64,000 bases of DNA, taken from the NCBI RefSeq assembly GCF_009914755.1, contig NC_060936.1, one strand, 5' to 3'. The notes beneath the pieces were generated by a model, which was given only the letters and a program-made list of their open reading frames with translations, was not told the origin of the DNA and searched no databases. The DNA is from the human T2T-CHM13v2.0 reference genome, Homo sapiens. Shown in pieces: positions 36,445 through 57,164 of the stretch; the first letter of the stretch is position 1, and the number at the start of each line of letters is the position of its first letter. The position numbers were made by a program, and so were the translations under genes.

Positions 36445-36851
36445 GTTATGACAGCTGAAAGCTTTTTCCCAAAGATCTGGAACAAAACATGGATGGCTAC
36501 TCTCATCACTCTTATTCAGCATAGTACTAGAAGCCCAGCCCAAGCAATTAGACAAGAGGGAAAAATACAGAAAATCTAAATTAGAAAGGAGGAAGTCAAA
36601 TTGTTCCTGTTTTCCGATGACATAATCTTATATATAGAAAACTGGAAAGTCCACCAAAAAACTCTCAGAAAGGATACAAGAACTTAGTAAATTTTCAAGA
36701 CACAAAGTTAAGACAGAAAAAATCTGTAATATTTCTATACACACACAATGAACTAGCTGAAAACAAAATCAAGAAGGCAATCCCATTTGCAATAGCTACA
36801 CACACAAAAAAACCTAGGAATAAATTTAACCAAGGAAGTGAAAGATCTCTA
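36445..36851 (+). mobile_element. Old L1 ORF2 (RT) fragment
   Basis: GGAAGTCAAATTGTTCCTGTTTTCCGATGACAT (EVKLFLFSDD) region. Confidence 0.8.
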
Positions 36852-44249
<7,398 letters not shown>

Positions 44250-44437
44250 ACAGATTTGTGGAACTTCAAACTTGAGGGAGATGATTTAGGGTATCTGGCA
44301 GAAGAAACTTCTAAGCATTGAAGCAGTTAAGAGGTGACTTGGGTGCTGTTAAAATATTCAGTTTTAAAAGGGAAACAGAGGATAAAAGTTTAGAAAATGT
44401 TCAGCCTGATGATGTGATAGAAAAAAAAACATTTTCT
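44250..44437 (+). mobile_element. THE1/MST internal (MaLR-int) fragment
   Basis: GATTTGTGGAACTT...GATGATTTAGGGTATCTGGCAGAAGAAA matches the MaLR internal consensus. Confidence 0.8.
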
Positions 44438-44454
44438 GTTTCTCCACTGTGCAC

Positions 44455-44721
44455 GAGATAAGTGGAATACCTCCTAGCATTCCATAGCACTGTAGGATTA
44501 CTACAGTTAACAATAATATGTTATATTGTTTCAGAAAGCTAGAAAGAGGATATTAAATGTTTCCAACATAAAGAAATGATAAATGTTTGAGATGATAGAT
44601 ATGCTAATTACCCTAATAGAATTGTTGTACATCATATCTATCAAAACATCACTACATACTTTATGAATATGTAGTTACTAGTTGTCAATTAAGAAACAAA
44701 ATGGAAGAAAGGAAAAAAAAA
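44455..44721 (+). mobile_element. L1MA 3' end
   Basis: AAAGAAATGATAAATGTTTGAGATGATAGATATGCTAATTACCC followed by an A-rich tail. Confidence 0.8.
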
Positions 44722-45367
44722 CTGTAACTAATCCCATTTAAGTATGAAATTGTATTTCCTATATTAAATGCCTACACCCACACTGTGAATAAATTTTATT
44801 TATATTAATATGTAAAGTTGTAATGTGAGAAATGAGCTTACGAGGTTGCATTTATGACAAGATTCTGTTCACTGAAGAGAAAGAGTACCTCAAGTATTTC
44901 TATTTACCATTAAAAGTAGAACTGATTTCAAAGATCTATATTCAAGAGAACAGAGAAAGAAATTTTAAGATAATTTCTGCAAGTTAAGGTTATTTGTTTT
45001 TAAATCTTACCCCAAATAATGCAAATGATGCCGTGTTTTCAAATTTTATTTTCAGTAAATCATCAATAACTATTTCCAACAAGTTATCCTGTAAATTTCA
45101 CAATTATTTGTTATTATTTTGCAAGAAGGTAATATGTGAATTTCAGATTTTTATGCACAGTTGGATTGTAGTTGAGAAAATAACCTTAAGATCCCAAACT
45201 TCTTAATGTTGTGACTCATACACACTCATGTCAGAAGTGACCCACCACTGAGTCTGATGGTACCACACTTGTCTATTTCCTGTCCAACAAGGTGGATTCA
45301 CCCACTTGGTTATTAAGGAAATGTCAAATTGCTATATGAGTTTTTAAATGCTTACTCTCAATGTCTG

Positions 45368-45719
45368 TGATATGGTTTGGCTGTGTCACCACCCAAATCT
45401 CATCTTGAATTCCCATGTGTTGTGGGAGGCACCCAGTGAGAGGTAATTGCATCATGGGGCAGGTCTTTCCCGAGCTGTTCTTGTGATAGTGAGTAAGTCT
45501 CATGAGGTTTAACGTTTATTATAAGGGGAAATTTTCCTGCACAAGCTCTCTCTGCTTGCTGCCATCCATGTAAGACATGACTTGCTCCTCCTTGCCTTCT
45601 GCCATGATTGTGAGGCTTCCCCAGCCACATGGAACTGTAAGTCCAATTAAACCTCTTTATCTGTAAATTGCCCAGTCTTGGGTGTGTCTTTATCAGCAGC
45701 ATGAAAACAGACTAATAAA
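45368..45719 (+). mobile_element. THE1 solo LTR
   Basis: TGATATGGTTTGGCTGTGTC...ACTAATAAA, 352 bp, 5-bp TSD GTCTG. Confidence 0.93.
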
Positions 45720-47165
45720 GTCTGTGTTTACCTCACCATGGACTGATAACACATAGTTCATGAACTGCCACTGATCCATGATATACACTTTGAGTAATAC
45801 CACTCTAAGGCAAAATAAGAGATAGATATATTGTAACTGCTATGATGATGATGTTAGCAGGGGAACTGGGGATGTTACTATAGGCAGATCTAAAAAATCC
45901 AATAAAGGTTTTTTCACTTCAATTTTAAAAACTCTACATTTTTTACTAGTAGGGCCTTTTATTAACATGCCACCATCTAGCACTTCACGTAATATATGAC
46001 TCTCCACACAAATGTTTGCCATTTGTTTATTTAACTAGGTAATAATAAGGAGGAAAGATTTGAGTCAGCTTCAGTAAGCATTTCTAACTGCAACAGACTT
46101 TGCAAGTAATCATTTTATTCAAAAGCCAAATAACTTACATTCTATGTGTGTGTCCTAAAAGAATCCTGGCTGTGTACTTATTTACATAACCTTTATTTAT
46201 TGTCCTTTATATACAAAGGACAATAATGCATGAGGCAGAACATTTCCTTTCTTCTGAGGACAGGAGAATTCTGAATGCAATTCCAGAAATTAACAGTCTT
46301 GTGCTTATGTATTAACTTTTTTTCATATATAATAGACATGGGCTTACATTTCATTTACTGTGATGACACATTTAAGAAACCTAGTCAAATTTAAGGCCCT
46401 GCAATCAGATCCTTTTATGCCTGTCTTTTAGAGTTTGAAAAAATAAAGGAAGAAAAAAAAATTTAAACCACCGTGATGCACTGAAACTCACTCATTTTTC
46501 ATAGACACTTTTCTTTATAAGGGTTATATTAGGATAGTTATGGCTATATAGTTTTATTATTTTTATTATCCGTATGCATACATAGCAAAATATTTGTTAC
46601 ACAAGCAATAAACTTAGATATTAACATCATATCTCCTTTTCCATACTTCCTCAGAGAGAGTCAAAAGGTGGAAGGACTATTAAGGCACTACTTCTGAAAT
46701 GTGATCGAGGTTGTTTCATTATCATGTAAGAAAATTATAATCTTACTGTATCCTGTGGTGCAAAGTATGTGTGTGTGTATACATATATAATATATATATA
46801 TACACATACATATATATGATATATATATATCAACAAATTATAAGTTAAATTGAAGGATGATTATAGCTTTCTATGTCATAGCTAAAAACAATCATAACTG
46901 ACAAAGTCATCTGCTTTTTAAAAATAATTAATACATGTTATTTTAGAATAGTTTTAGGGTTGTGGAAAAATTGAGTGGCAAGTGTAGATTTCTGATTTAT
47001 CACTTCTTCCTCCCTCACAATTTCCCTTATTATTAACATTGCCCATTAGTGTTGTACAATTTGTCTTGATGAACAAATATTGATACATTGTAAGTAAGTC
47101 CATCGTTTAGGGTTCCCTCTTTCTGTTGTACATTCTGTGGGTTTGACAAACATGTGAGATATATC

Positions 47166-47923
47166 TGCAGCAGCCTCGTTGTCTGGGGTAAATACCAAGA
47201 TTCTTAGTCTCATGGCCAAGGAGATCGAGGTCTCGGACACACACACAGACAGAGTGAGTTTGGAGCAGGAGTTTAATAGGCAAAAGGAAAGAACAGGTCT
47301 CTGTTAGAGAGGGATCCTGAGAAGATTGCCAAGTTGTAGTTAAGAATGTCAGAGTTTTTATAAATGGGCTCTTGAGGAGGGGGCTCTTGAGGAGGGGCTT
47401 GTGAGGAGGGGATGTCTTATCTTTCTAGGGCCCCAGGGTTTAGTTGGGACCAGGTGTGCCATCTGTACAGAGCAGATTTTTTTATCATCTCTTAACCCAC
47501 TCCGTGACCACACAGGCCAACTCTTAGTCTGTGTTTCTTTGTCCTGCTTATCTGGTAGGGAAAGTTTCTGTGTCTGTTCCCATACATCTTCTTGAAGCTG
47601 CAGGCATCTTGGTGCGCCTAAAGAGAAAGGAATGTGCTTATTAAGGCCCACTGTTTTACTGGGGCCCATCGTGTAAGTGTGAAGCTTGGTGATTACCCGG
47701 GAGACTCTCGGCTGTCCACCCCAGTCCTTCTGTGTCCCAGCTGTCTTTTCTGTGTTTTACTGTCTGCTCTTTCAGGCCTCTTGTTAGAAAAGTGATTTCT
47801 TTGAACTGCATGAGGTTAGCAAGGGAGCTATTTTTGAGCTGCTTTTTGTTAAAAGCAAAGTTTTCTACCGGGGACTGGCTTTACCCTGTCTACCCAAATA
47901 ATTCGTTTCTGCCTCCTATAACA
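47166..47923 (-). mobile_element. ERV1 solo LTR (LTR9-like) inserted in an L1MC-like 3' end (46915-47968)
   Basis: TG...CA termini, 758 bp, 4-bp TSD TATC. Confidence 0.8.
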
Positions 47924-47969
47924 TATCCACCATTACACATAGAATAGTTTCACTGCCTAAAAAGCTCCT

Positions 47970-48850
47970 GTGGCCCAGGGTGGGAATCGGCCCCGGGTGG
48001 AGGCCTCCATTGGGTTCCCCCTAATCCCGGGGACAAGGGCATCCTCTGGGTCCTTATCACAGGGTAAGGGGTCCACCAGACCCGGACAAGCGCTCCTAGC
48101 TGGAGGAGGGTCGCGTTCCTGCCGGATGTGGAAAGGAAGTCCAGGAATCCCCTTCCTGTCTTTCTGGTTTCTCTCTGGGCTTCCTGCTCGGGTCACAAGC
48201 GCCAGAAGCGCCGGCGGCTGCGGGGAAACGGTAGGCGGGGGATCCAGCCCCAAGCAAATCTCCCGCGGGCGCGTGGGAGGTGGGGCCAGTGCTGGGCGCA
48301 GCCGCGCCTCGCGCCTCCCGCCCCCCCCGGGGCTGCGGCGGGGACGCTTCTCTGGAGGGTGTGGCGGAAACTTGAGGCTTGGAGTCCGCGGGACCGGAAG
48401 GGGCTCCGTAGCTCGGGGCAGGGTGGGCGCGAGAGAGCCTAGAAGCCCATGTAGCCGCGAATCCCGCAGCCCCAGTACACCTCCCTCCGTGCCTCCCCGC
48501 CTTTTCTGCAGAGCTCCGCCCTGGAGTGAAGGAGGAGCCGTCACCTGGAGCTCCGAAAAAAGCAGAAGAAGGCGCTTTTTATTTAGCCAGTGTGACCCCG
48601 CCAGGGCCTTCTCGGTTGGGTGAGCACTCTCTCTGACCAGGCCATGAAAAGAAAAATCTGTGCGATGCCTCCCCACATGTCACGGGACTCTGACTTGCCT
48701 TTGTCGTCAGAGTTTGCAGAACTTTGGGGGACCTGAGAGGGGAGTGCCCCCTGGACGGGCCACGGCTGTCTGTGGCTTAAGGGCTTTTGGAAGGGCGGAG
48801 AGAGGGAAACGGCGTCCTAGTGGCCTGCTTCAGGGCCACCCACGGGCCCT
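47970..48850. promoter_or_regulatory. CpG island; probable alternative (possibly bidirectional) promoter and first exon
   Basis: Abrupt GC/CpG-rich block with GC boxes, ETS-type ACCGGAAG near 48393 and a plus-strand donor TGG|GTGAGC at 48620. Confidence 0.85.
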
Positions 48851-49073
48851 CCCCCAACCTCTCTCTGATCCAACTTGTTTTTCCAGCCTAGTTGGAAACT
48901 TGTGGATGCTGTGACCTCAAGAAGACTTGGCATTTTATTTGGAAGATAGACATCTATTTGCAACTGTCCTGAGCCCCTATTTTCCTCCCACCTTTCTTGG
49001 GGAAACTTGTTTTTAAGGGGTGCCACTGTTTTTGTAACATGTTGCTCCTAGCTCTTAGCATTCATGGTACTGT

Positions 49074-49212
49074 TGTAACCGTCCAGTGGGTTCACTTTGT
49101 CTGCTAGATAGAGCCGATTTATCAAGACGGGGATTACAATGGAGAAAGAGTAATTCACGCAGAGCCGGCTTTGCAGGTGATGGGAGTTTTATTATTACTC
49201 AAATCGGTCTTC
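49074..49212 (-). mobile_element. LTR8-like fragment
   Basis: TGTAACCGTCCAGTGGGTTCAC...; same family as 33988-34188, in reverse. Confidence 0.7.
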
Positions 49213-49655
49213 TTAAATTTGTGTCCCGGAGCAGTACGTTCTAACATTTTTTAGATGTTACAAATGTAACTTTTGGCTAAGTTACATTCCTACTAAGTTA
49301 TATTCTTACTAACTAAGCCAAATGTTATATTCTAAAGAATGTTTACAGAACCGAAACTAAATATTTGTTACCTGGTACAGTTGTGAAACTTGTTTTTTAA
49401 AATGCATCCTGTGATTTAAGTTTTTCAGATCCTGAAACTGAGTTAAAATTTGATCAGTAATAATGCTTTATTTCTCTGTTCTTCTGAGAGATAATTCCTA
49501 ATGTTGTTTTTCCAACTAGAAGTCTGAAGAGTTATTGTGTTCAGTGTGTACCTTGAGAGTGGTATGAATTTGCGGGAGTCAGGACACACTGTAAGAAAGG
49601 TAGAAGAGAAATAAGTGAGCAAGAGAGAAGTGGAACAAGATGCATGTGGGAATAT

Positions 49656-49992
49656 TGCTGCAGGACTTTTCCTTATTTCAGCTAAAAATGGGATTCTTTG
49701 TCCCACGGCCACGGAAATTCAGGCTCGCAGATGGTTTAAAGGGTGTGTGAAGCAGAGTTTTATTGGGTGAAAAAGGGAAAAAAAGGGGGAAACAGGTACT
49801 CTTGCAGGGCCAGAGTCCTTCCGCCGGAGCGCTTCCCACCTGACAGTTTGAATCCCAGGTTCTACAAATGAAAAACTGGGGCCAGGCTCAGGCTTCTCTC
49901 TGCTGCAAACCTTGTGAACTTCCCAAGGCTCCACCTCAGTGGGCAGGCTAATTGGAGTTTCTCCAGGGACCCCTTCCCACCTGGCTGTCTCA
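49656..49992 (-). mobile_element. MER61-like solo LTR
   Basis: Reverse complement starts TGAGACAGCCAGGTGGGAAGGGGTCC; imperfect 4-bp TSD (ATAT/GTAT). Confidence 0.8.
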
Positions 49993-50769
49993 GTATTAGT
50001 AGGAGGGGCTAGAGATGTAAAAAAGAAGAAGAGAAAGCAGGCACATTTAGAAGATTATTAAGAGAGGCAAATGGGAGATTTGGGGGAAGTTTTAAGGGGA
50101 GAGTTACACATTACCCTAGTAGCAATGAAAAAGAATTACGGAAGTCTTAGTATTCTGAACCTTTAAGACAATTTTGCGTTAGTGTAGAACCAGAAAGAAT
50201 AAAGGTTGATATTTTTATATGAGCCAAAATCCAAACGATATTTACTGCTTAAGATCATCCAATCTTACCCATCTTTCCCCCTGTCTAGAATTTAAGCTGA
50301 AGCTCCCTGTTATTCTTGTAGATGTATATTAAACGGACGAAAGTTGGCAGGGACTTTTAAAGTATTATAATTTATATTCAGTAAAATTCACTCTTTTGGT
50401 GTAGATTTCTATGGTAAACATATATACTCATGTTACTACCATAAAAGTCAAGATATAGAGCCATACCCACCCACTCGAAATTCCCTCATGTCCCTTTGTA
50501 GAATGTCTCTTCCTCTACCGCTAGCCCTTGGCAACCACTCATCTGTTTTCTGATCTTGCACTTTTGCTTTTCCAGAATGTCACATCGATGGAATCTTGCA
50601 GTAGGTAAATGTAGAATCTGACTTCATTCACTTAGCAATAATGCATTTTCAAGTCATCTGTATTATAGTATGTATCATTTGTCAAAGAAAAACAAGTCTG
50701 GACTTAGGGAGAAACTTTATTCAAAAGGACTGTTGCAATAGGAATAACACTGATTTCAAAAATATGTTA

Positions 50770-51065
50770 GGCCAGGTGCGGTGGCTTATGCCTATAATCC
50801 CAGCAATTTGGGAGGCTGAGGCGGGTGGATCACGAGGTCAGGAGATTGAGACCATCCTGGCTAACCTGCTGAAACCCCGTCTCTACTAAACAAAATACAA
50901 AAAATTAGCCGGGCATGGTGGTGGGCATCTGTGGTCCCAGCTACTCGGGAGGCTGAGGCAGGAGAATGGCATGAACCCGGGAGGTGGAAGCTTACAGTGG
51001 GCCGAGATCATGCTCCTGCACTCCAGCGTGGGCGACAGAGACTCTGTCTTAAAAAAAAAAAAAAA
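50770..51065 (+). mobile_element. AluY-like
   Basis: GATCACGAGGTCAGGAGAT, CCTGGCTAAC and GAGAATGGC diagnostic positions. Confidence 0.9.
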
Positions 51066-51586
51066 GTTAGTGGTGTGGGAGAGAGCAGGCAAAGTCTAGG
51101 CGTTTCAGCAGGAAATGGTGCAATGTGGTCTGTGGTCAGGTTAAGGCAGGATGTTTTTTGCAAGTCTGTGCTTTGAGGCATTTAGGCAAACTTGCGGGCA
51201 AACACGTGTAGGGCCTGTGGGGAGGAGAAAAACCTGACAAAAGTTTGGCCAGCTAACACACAGTAAGAAATTGACAATTGTGAATGTGTGATCGAGTTTT
51301 TTCTTTTATTAGGGCTGAGGAATAGTTGTTTACCTCTTCAGCAGCTGAAGCATATTTGAGTTGTTGCTAGTTTTTTGTGATAATGAATAAACCTGGTGTA
51401 AAATATTCCTTACAGGTTTTTGGGTAAACACAAGTTTTCACTTCCCTTGTTTAAATACCTAGGGATAGGATGGCTAGGGCATGTGGTGAATTTACATTTA
51501 CCATAACAAACTGCTTAACTGTTTTCCAAAATGCCCATAACATTTTGCATTTCCAGTGATGATGCATGAAAATTCCAGTTGCATCC

Positions 51587-51987
51587 TGTCCATTCTCTCA
51601 CTGCTATAAAGAAATAGCCTGAGACTGAGTAATTTGTAAAGAAAAGAGGTTTAATTGGCTGACCATTCCACAGGCTGGCCAGGAAGCATGATTCTGGCAT
51701 CTGCTCAGCTTCTGGGGATGCCTCAGGAAACTTACAATTCATGGCAGAAGGCAAAGGGGGAGTCCATACTTCACTTGGCCAGAGCAGGAGGAAGAGAGGA
51801 AGTGAGGGAGGGCACCACACAGTTTTCGACCGCCAGATCTCACGAGAACTCACTCTTATCACGACACAGTGCCAAGGGGGAAATCTGCCCCCATGATCCA
51901 ATCTCCTTCCACCAGACCCCACCTCCAACGCTGGAGATTACAATTCAACATAAGATTTGGGTGGGGACAAAGATCCAAACCATATCA
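51587..51987 (-). mobile_element. MSTA/MSTB solo LTR
   Basis: Ends CCAAACCATATCA; 5-bp TSD CATCC. Confidence 0.88.
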
Positions 51988-53925
51988 CATCCCTTCCTCA
52001 CCAGCAGTTGTTTCTTTTTCTGTTTTGTTTGCCACTCTAATAACCATGTAGTAGTCACTCATGGTTTTAATTTGTATTTCTCAAATGGCTGGTTATTTCA
52101 AGCATGTTTTTATGCACTTGTTTGCTATTCATATATCCTCTTTAATCAAGTATATCTCCAAATCATTGGCCCACTTTTTAATCTAGTTTTCGTTTTCTTA
52201 TTGTTGAGTTTTGAGTTCTTAATATATTCTAGATACAAGTCGCTTTTTAGAGAGATGTTTTTCTGCCTTTGCTTGTCTTTTTATTCCCTTTTCAGGGTTT
52301 TTTTTCTAGCAGAGAGTTTTAATTACGTTAAAGTTCAATTTATCAATTTTTAAAATATTGATAATGCTTTTGGTGTTGTATGTAAGAAATTTTTGCCTAA
52401 TTCAAGTTCACAAAAATGTAATTTTCCTCTTCTAATAGTTTTAGGGTTTGAGGCTTTATATATGAGTCTAAAATTTATTTTGAGTTAATTTTCTTATAAG
52501 GTATTAGGTGTGAGCTGAGGTTCACTGTTTTGCATTAGGACACTCAATTGTTCCAGCACTACATGTTCAGAAAATATTACCCCTTACCTACCTGATTACT
52601 TTCCACGTCTGTCAAATGTCAATTGATGATACACGTTTAGATTTGTTTCTGAAACCTTTTTTCTGTTCCATTGATTTATGTGTCTGTTCTTTTGTCAATA
52701 TCATACTGTCTTTGTTTCTATTACTTTGTAAATTACGAAAGCAGGTTCCCTGATTTCCAAATTTGGCCATTTTTTTTTCCTTCAAAATTGTTTGGCTATT
52801 CTAGTTCTTTGCTTTTTCATATAATTTTAAAATTACCTTGCTTATTTCTACAAAAAATTCATACTGCAATGTTTATCAGTATTGCACTGAATCTCTAAAC
52901 CTGTTTGGGTATAATTGACATCCAGCAATATTGCATATTCCAATCTATGAATATCTTATATCTCTCTGTTGATTCAAGTCTGCTTTGATTTCTTTGTCCC
53001 TTTGGTTTCCAGCTTTCATCATACTGATCCTAAACATATTTTGATATATTTATTTGATATCTTTCATGTTATTATAAATGATACTGTTTTTATATTTAAA
53101 TTTCCACTTCATAATTATGAATATGGAAATATAAGTGATTTTTATATATGAACATAGGTAATCCTGTAGCTTTGCCAAATTCATTTATTCTCATAGCCAT
53201 TTGGTAGATTCCTTAGAATTTTACATGCAGACAACTGTGTTGTCTGTGAATAGCAATGCTTTTATTTCTTTCCAATCTGTATGACATTTATTTCTTTTTT
53301 CTTGCCTTTTTGCCCCTAATAGGACATCCAGTAAAATGTTAAATTGGATTGGTGAGAGAGATCAGACATCCTTGCCTTGTTCTATGTCACTGGGGGAAAG
53401 CATTTATTCTTTCATCGTTAAGGTTGTTGCTAGTTGTAGTTTTTCTGTAGATGCCCTTTATCAGGTTGAAGAAAGTTCTTCAATTTCTAATTTGTTGAGT
53501 CTTACTATCGTGGATGAATATTAAGCTTTTCACATCCTCTTGCTGCATTTATTCAGATGCTCATATGTTGTCCCTTGTCTCATTCTGTCAATATGGTGAA
53601 TTACATTGATTTATTTTCTGCTTCCCTTGTTGCTTCTAACCAGCTGCTTTACTATGGGGCTAAATCTGGATTGTGTATGTTTCTTTTTCATCCCAATTTC
53701 TACTCTTTTTCCAGTAACTGGAAGATTCCCTGGGGGTGGGGAGAATTCGATTTTTATCTCTAGCCCTCTTTGGGCCATTATTCTCATTTATGAACCAAGC
53801 CCTTTTGTGAAAGGAGTTGGCAGTAGGAGAATTGAAGTACATCTGATCTTAGTGTTGATTCTATGATAAATTTTTTCTCCCTACGATATTCCTGAGATTG
53901 AGATTCTGATGTTTCTATTTTACAG

Positions 53926-54051
53926 ATAAAACTCTGCAAAGACAATGTCTAGCACTTATATCTCCAGTAACTCCTGTCAAGGTTTATTGTTGCTTGTTCA
54001 TCATTGCAGTCCTGACTACAAGTGTGATTGCACTTTCTATTGTTTTGTCAG
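53926..54051 (+). pseudogene. LOC374443: Clr/CLEC2 pseudogene transmembrane exon (D)KTLQRQCLALISPVTPVKVYCCLFIIAVLTTSVIALSIVLS
   Basis: Acceptor TTTTACAG, donor G|GTAAGT, 126 nt, phase 1-1, open frame. ISPxxPxKxYCC plus a TM helix resembles rodent Clr proteins. Confidence 0.9.
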
Positions 54052-54099
54052 GTAAGTTACTTGTTCTCCAAACTGTACAATATTCTCCATATGTTTTTG

Positions 54100-54790
54100 T
54101 TGTCAATAAATATTTATTAAGCTCCATTATGTGCCTGTCACTGTGTGAAATGCTTGAATTACATCAGCAAACAAAATACACACAAAAGAATTCCTGCCCT
54201 TTGGAACTTATATTCCAGCAGAAAAACACAAGTAAAAATAAATAAGGGTGGAGGTATAACAGGTTGCAATAGGTTGACAAAACTAAGCCTTCTTAGGAAG
54301 GTGACATTTCAGCAACCTTTTGAAAGAGATGGAGGAACCATGTGAAGGAACCTATTCCAGGCAGAGAACAAGTAGACCAAAAGCCTGAAGGAGGACTCTT
54401 CCTGGCTTATTTGAGGAAGAGCAAGGAGGCTGCTGTAGGTGAAGCAAAGTGAAGATGGAGAAGAAGAGTGATACCATGGGGAATCAGGAACGGAGGAACC
54501 TTGAGGGTCAGTTAAAGACTTTGGCTTTGACCTTCAGTGCAATAGGGAGACTAGATGAGGGAAGTTGTACGAGAGGAATGTCTTGATGTGACTTTCATTG
54601 TAGAATAATCATTTAATTGCTATATTGAGACTAGGTAGGGGAGGGTGGTCAGACTCTGGATATTTTGAAAGCTGAGCCAACAGTATTTTATGTCAAATTG
54701 GATAAAACGTCTCAGAGGAATGTCAAAGGTAAGCCTGTCTTCTTTTGAGCCTTGGCAAGAATGCATTTGCCGTCCATTGATATGAGAAAG
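54100..54790 (-). mobile_element. L2 fragment
   Basis: CAATAAATATTTATTAAGC...ATGTGCC and TATTCCAGGCAGAGAACA motifs. Confidence 0.65.
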
Positions 54791-55368
54791 GCTATGGGTA
54801 TAGGAATTCCGCTTACGGAACTATTTCCTGACAAGTTCCTCTCAGAATTGTCATTTTTTATTAAAAATAAAGTAAGATCTCTACTTGAAATGTTTTCAGG
54901 CAAATCACCTGGCCTTAAGAGCTGGTATCTTCTACTTAAGCAGATTGAGAATGCACGAAAGTACAGAGAACTGTATACATAAAAAAATCATCTCTTGTAT
55001 AGAGGTAATAGGTCCTCAGCATTGCTTTGTCAAGAGAAAGAAGGGCTAATATGAGGGAGGATATGGAAAAATCATCCGTATGACCCTGTGAAAGTACAGT
55101 ACTATGGAAGTCGATGCTATAGAAATTGATTTCCTTGAAACTGTTAGTGTCAGTGTAAATTTCAGAAAGTCAAGGGTGCAGATACCCAGCTGGAAACCAC
55201 CGGACTGACGATTGTTGTGCTTAGGATAAGGCACTTTGTGATGAGTTAGGAAAACAACAATCAGATATGTACACTTCAAAATTGACCTCAGGAAGGTAAG
55301 CAGAAAAATAGATAAAATGGGTGAGAAAATTTCTTTATTATGTTTCATTGTGATTGTCTCACTTTTAG

Positions 55369-55547
55369 CAAGAAAGGAAAAGCCAGTGGTAGAGTCATCT
55401 AAATACGCTGCTTGCCCAAAAAGCTGAATTAGATTTAGGAGTAAATGTTTTTATTTTTCTGAAGGCATAAGAAATTAGACATTGAGTCAAACGTTCTGTG
55501 TCTCATTAGAAGCCAGCCTTGCTCAGTTTGCAACTATGGAGGAACTG
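55369..55547 (+). pseudogene. LOC374443: CTLD exon a: (A)RKEKPVVESSKYAACPKS*IRFRSKCFYFSEGIRN*TLSQTFCVSLEASLAQFATMEEL
   Basis: Acceptor CTTTTAG, donor CTG|GTAAGA, 179 nt. Stops TGA (55425) and TAG (55476) sit at conserved Trp positions. Confidence 0.93.
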
Positions 55548-56116
55548 GTAAGAGATATTTTTGGATCATGTTTTCTGTTAAATACTTAGCCCCCTGAGGC
55601 AGGTCGGCTACATAGGGTTAAAGCTGAAATACTAAGAAGGATCCCATTCCAGGGGCATGAGATGTGTTTTCATGTCTAACATTTGTTGAGGGTGTGTTCT
55701 CTGCCTGGAACCCTGTGAGACATTTTAGATATATTTCCCCATGTAATGCTCATGGTGAGCTGGTAAGATGAGATGTATTGTTCTCATTCTATTAAGAAGT
55801 AAGGTAATTATATAATTTGTCATCTAGATTAAGACATATAGGGCATTAAAAGTGATCATTAATACATTGGTGGAATGACAAGCATAAACTGAGAATTTCC
55901 CAATGAAACTGGGATTTATGCTCACTTTAAATAAAGTAATTTAGGATCAGAGACGTTAAATGACTTAAACTGAGAACTGGGAATTAGTCTCACTCCAGAA
56001 TTTATGCTGCTTAATTATACCACGCTGCCAGTGAAAAAGAGAAGGGATAGGGAAGAGAGACTCCAGAGTAATATGAAAGAAAGGGGCTCATGGTGTTAGT
56101 TTCTGTTTTATTATAG

Positions 56117-56223
56117 AATTTCCTGAAAAGATACAAAGGCCCTTCTGACCATTGGATTGGCCTTAGAAGAGAATCATCCCATCGCATTTGGAAATGGACA
56201 GACAACATGGAATATAATAACAT
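56117..56223 (+). pseudogene. LOC374443: CTLD exon b: [35 protein letters not shown]
   Basis: WIGL motif; acceptor TTATAG, donor AT|GTATGT, 107 nt, phase 0-2, open. Confidence 0.93.
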
Positions 56224-57164
56224 GTATGTTTTGAGACTTCTCATCTTTTGCTGTGTTTATGTATGGTTATGTGTGTGAGTTGTGTTTATGAGATAAGAAA
56301 TGTAGTATCATGGAAAACTTACTGCAATATGAGGTAAGAAATCTAAACCCTTTTTATGCTCTTCAGTTGGTTAGCTGTGTCTTTGGGAAAGCTTTACCTG
56401 TGATTTCAGTTGAAGTCTTTAATGTGACAGTGACATTTCTCACAATTTTACACTTTCATCCACTGATTTAAAACTGCTGAAATCCCTACTTATAGCTGAT
56501 GTGCAACAAAGGTTCTACAATCATAGGAAGCCACTGAGGAGCTGATATCCACAAGGCTGTTAAGCCCACTCTTGCAGGTGTTGCATCCATTTACAATAGG
56601 AAAGCATCCAGGGAACTCATGGGAATCTCTCCCTCCTAAAGCTTTATCACCAGAAGGAAACTAGTAACAGTTCCTTGGACTGTGAACATTTCAAAGGGGT
56701 ATTTTGAATATAATCATTACATTGCAGCAGATAAAATGTAGGAACCCAGTCATATCCATTAATCAAAGCTAAGCCCTTTCAGGAATTTACTAGTTTTTTT
56801 TTTTTTTTTAGTTTTCACACATTTACAAAACAATTTGGGAGGAGGCTGGAAATCATCTTGACTGAAGACCACCAATGGCAGCAGTTCATTTGGGTACAGC
56901 AGCAAGCATCAGTTAAATACCTATCAACATAGCTGGGCTTGGTATGGATGAATGATAAGCTTGTGATTTTCAAGCAAGGACCTTGAGGACATAAAGGACA
57001 CTAAATACAGAAATGGTTTATATTACTATGAAGCAATATTAATGACAGACTTTTGCTTTTCTCTTATTCACATTGAAATATGGAGGGGTTGCAGAAGATG
57101 ATGGGGAGGAACAAATGCAGGTGTCTAACTTACAAATATTTAATATTTTTGTGTTTGGATTTAG

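Larger units (their letters stand above)
50355..53612 (-). mobile_element. Old L1M (MC/ME-like) with nested LTR fragment, Alu and MST LTR
   Basis: Diverged L1 3'UTR and ORF2 in reverse orientation. Confidence 0.75.

Noticed and set aside
47957-48676. Overlapping 239-aa and 217-aa ORFs on opposite strands
   Set aside because: Low-complexity G/P/R-rich translations, as expected from stop-codon scarcity in a CpG island; no recognisable domain.
51515-52353. 232-aa and 137-aa ORFs
   Set aside because: They lie across an MST LTR and old L1 sequence; no coding signature.
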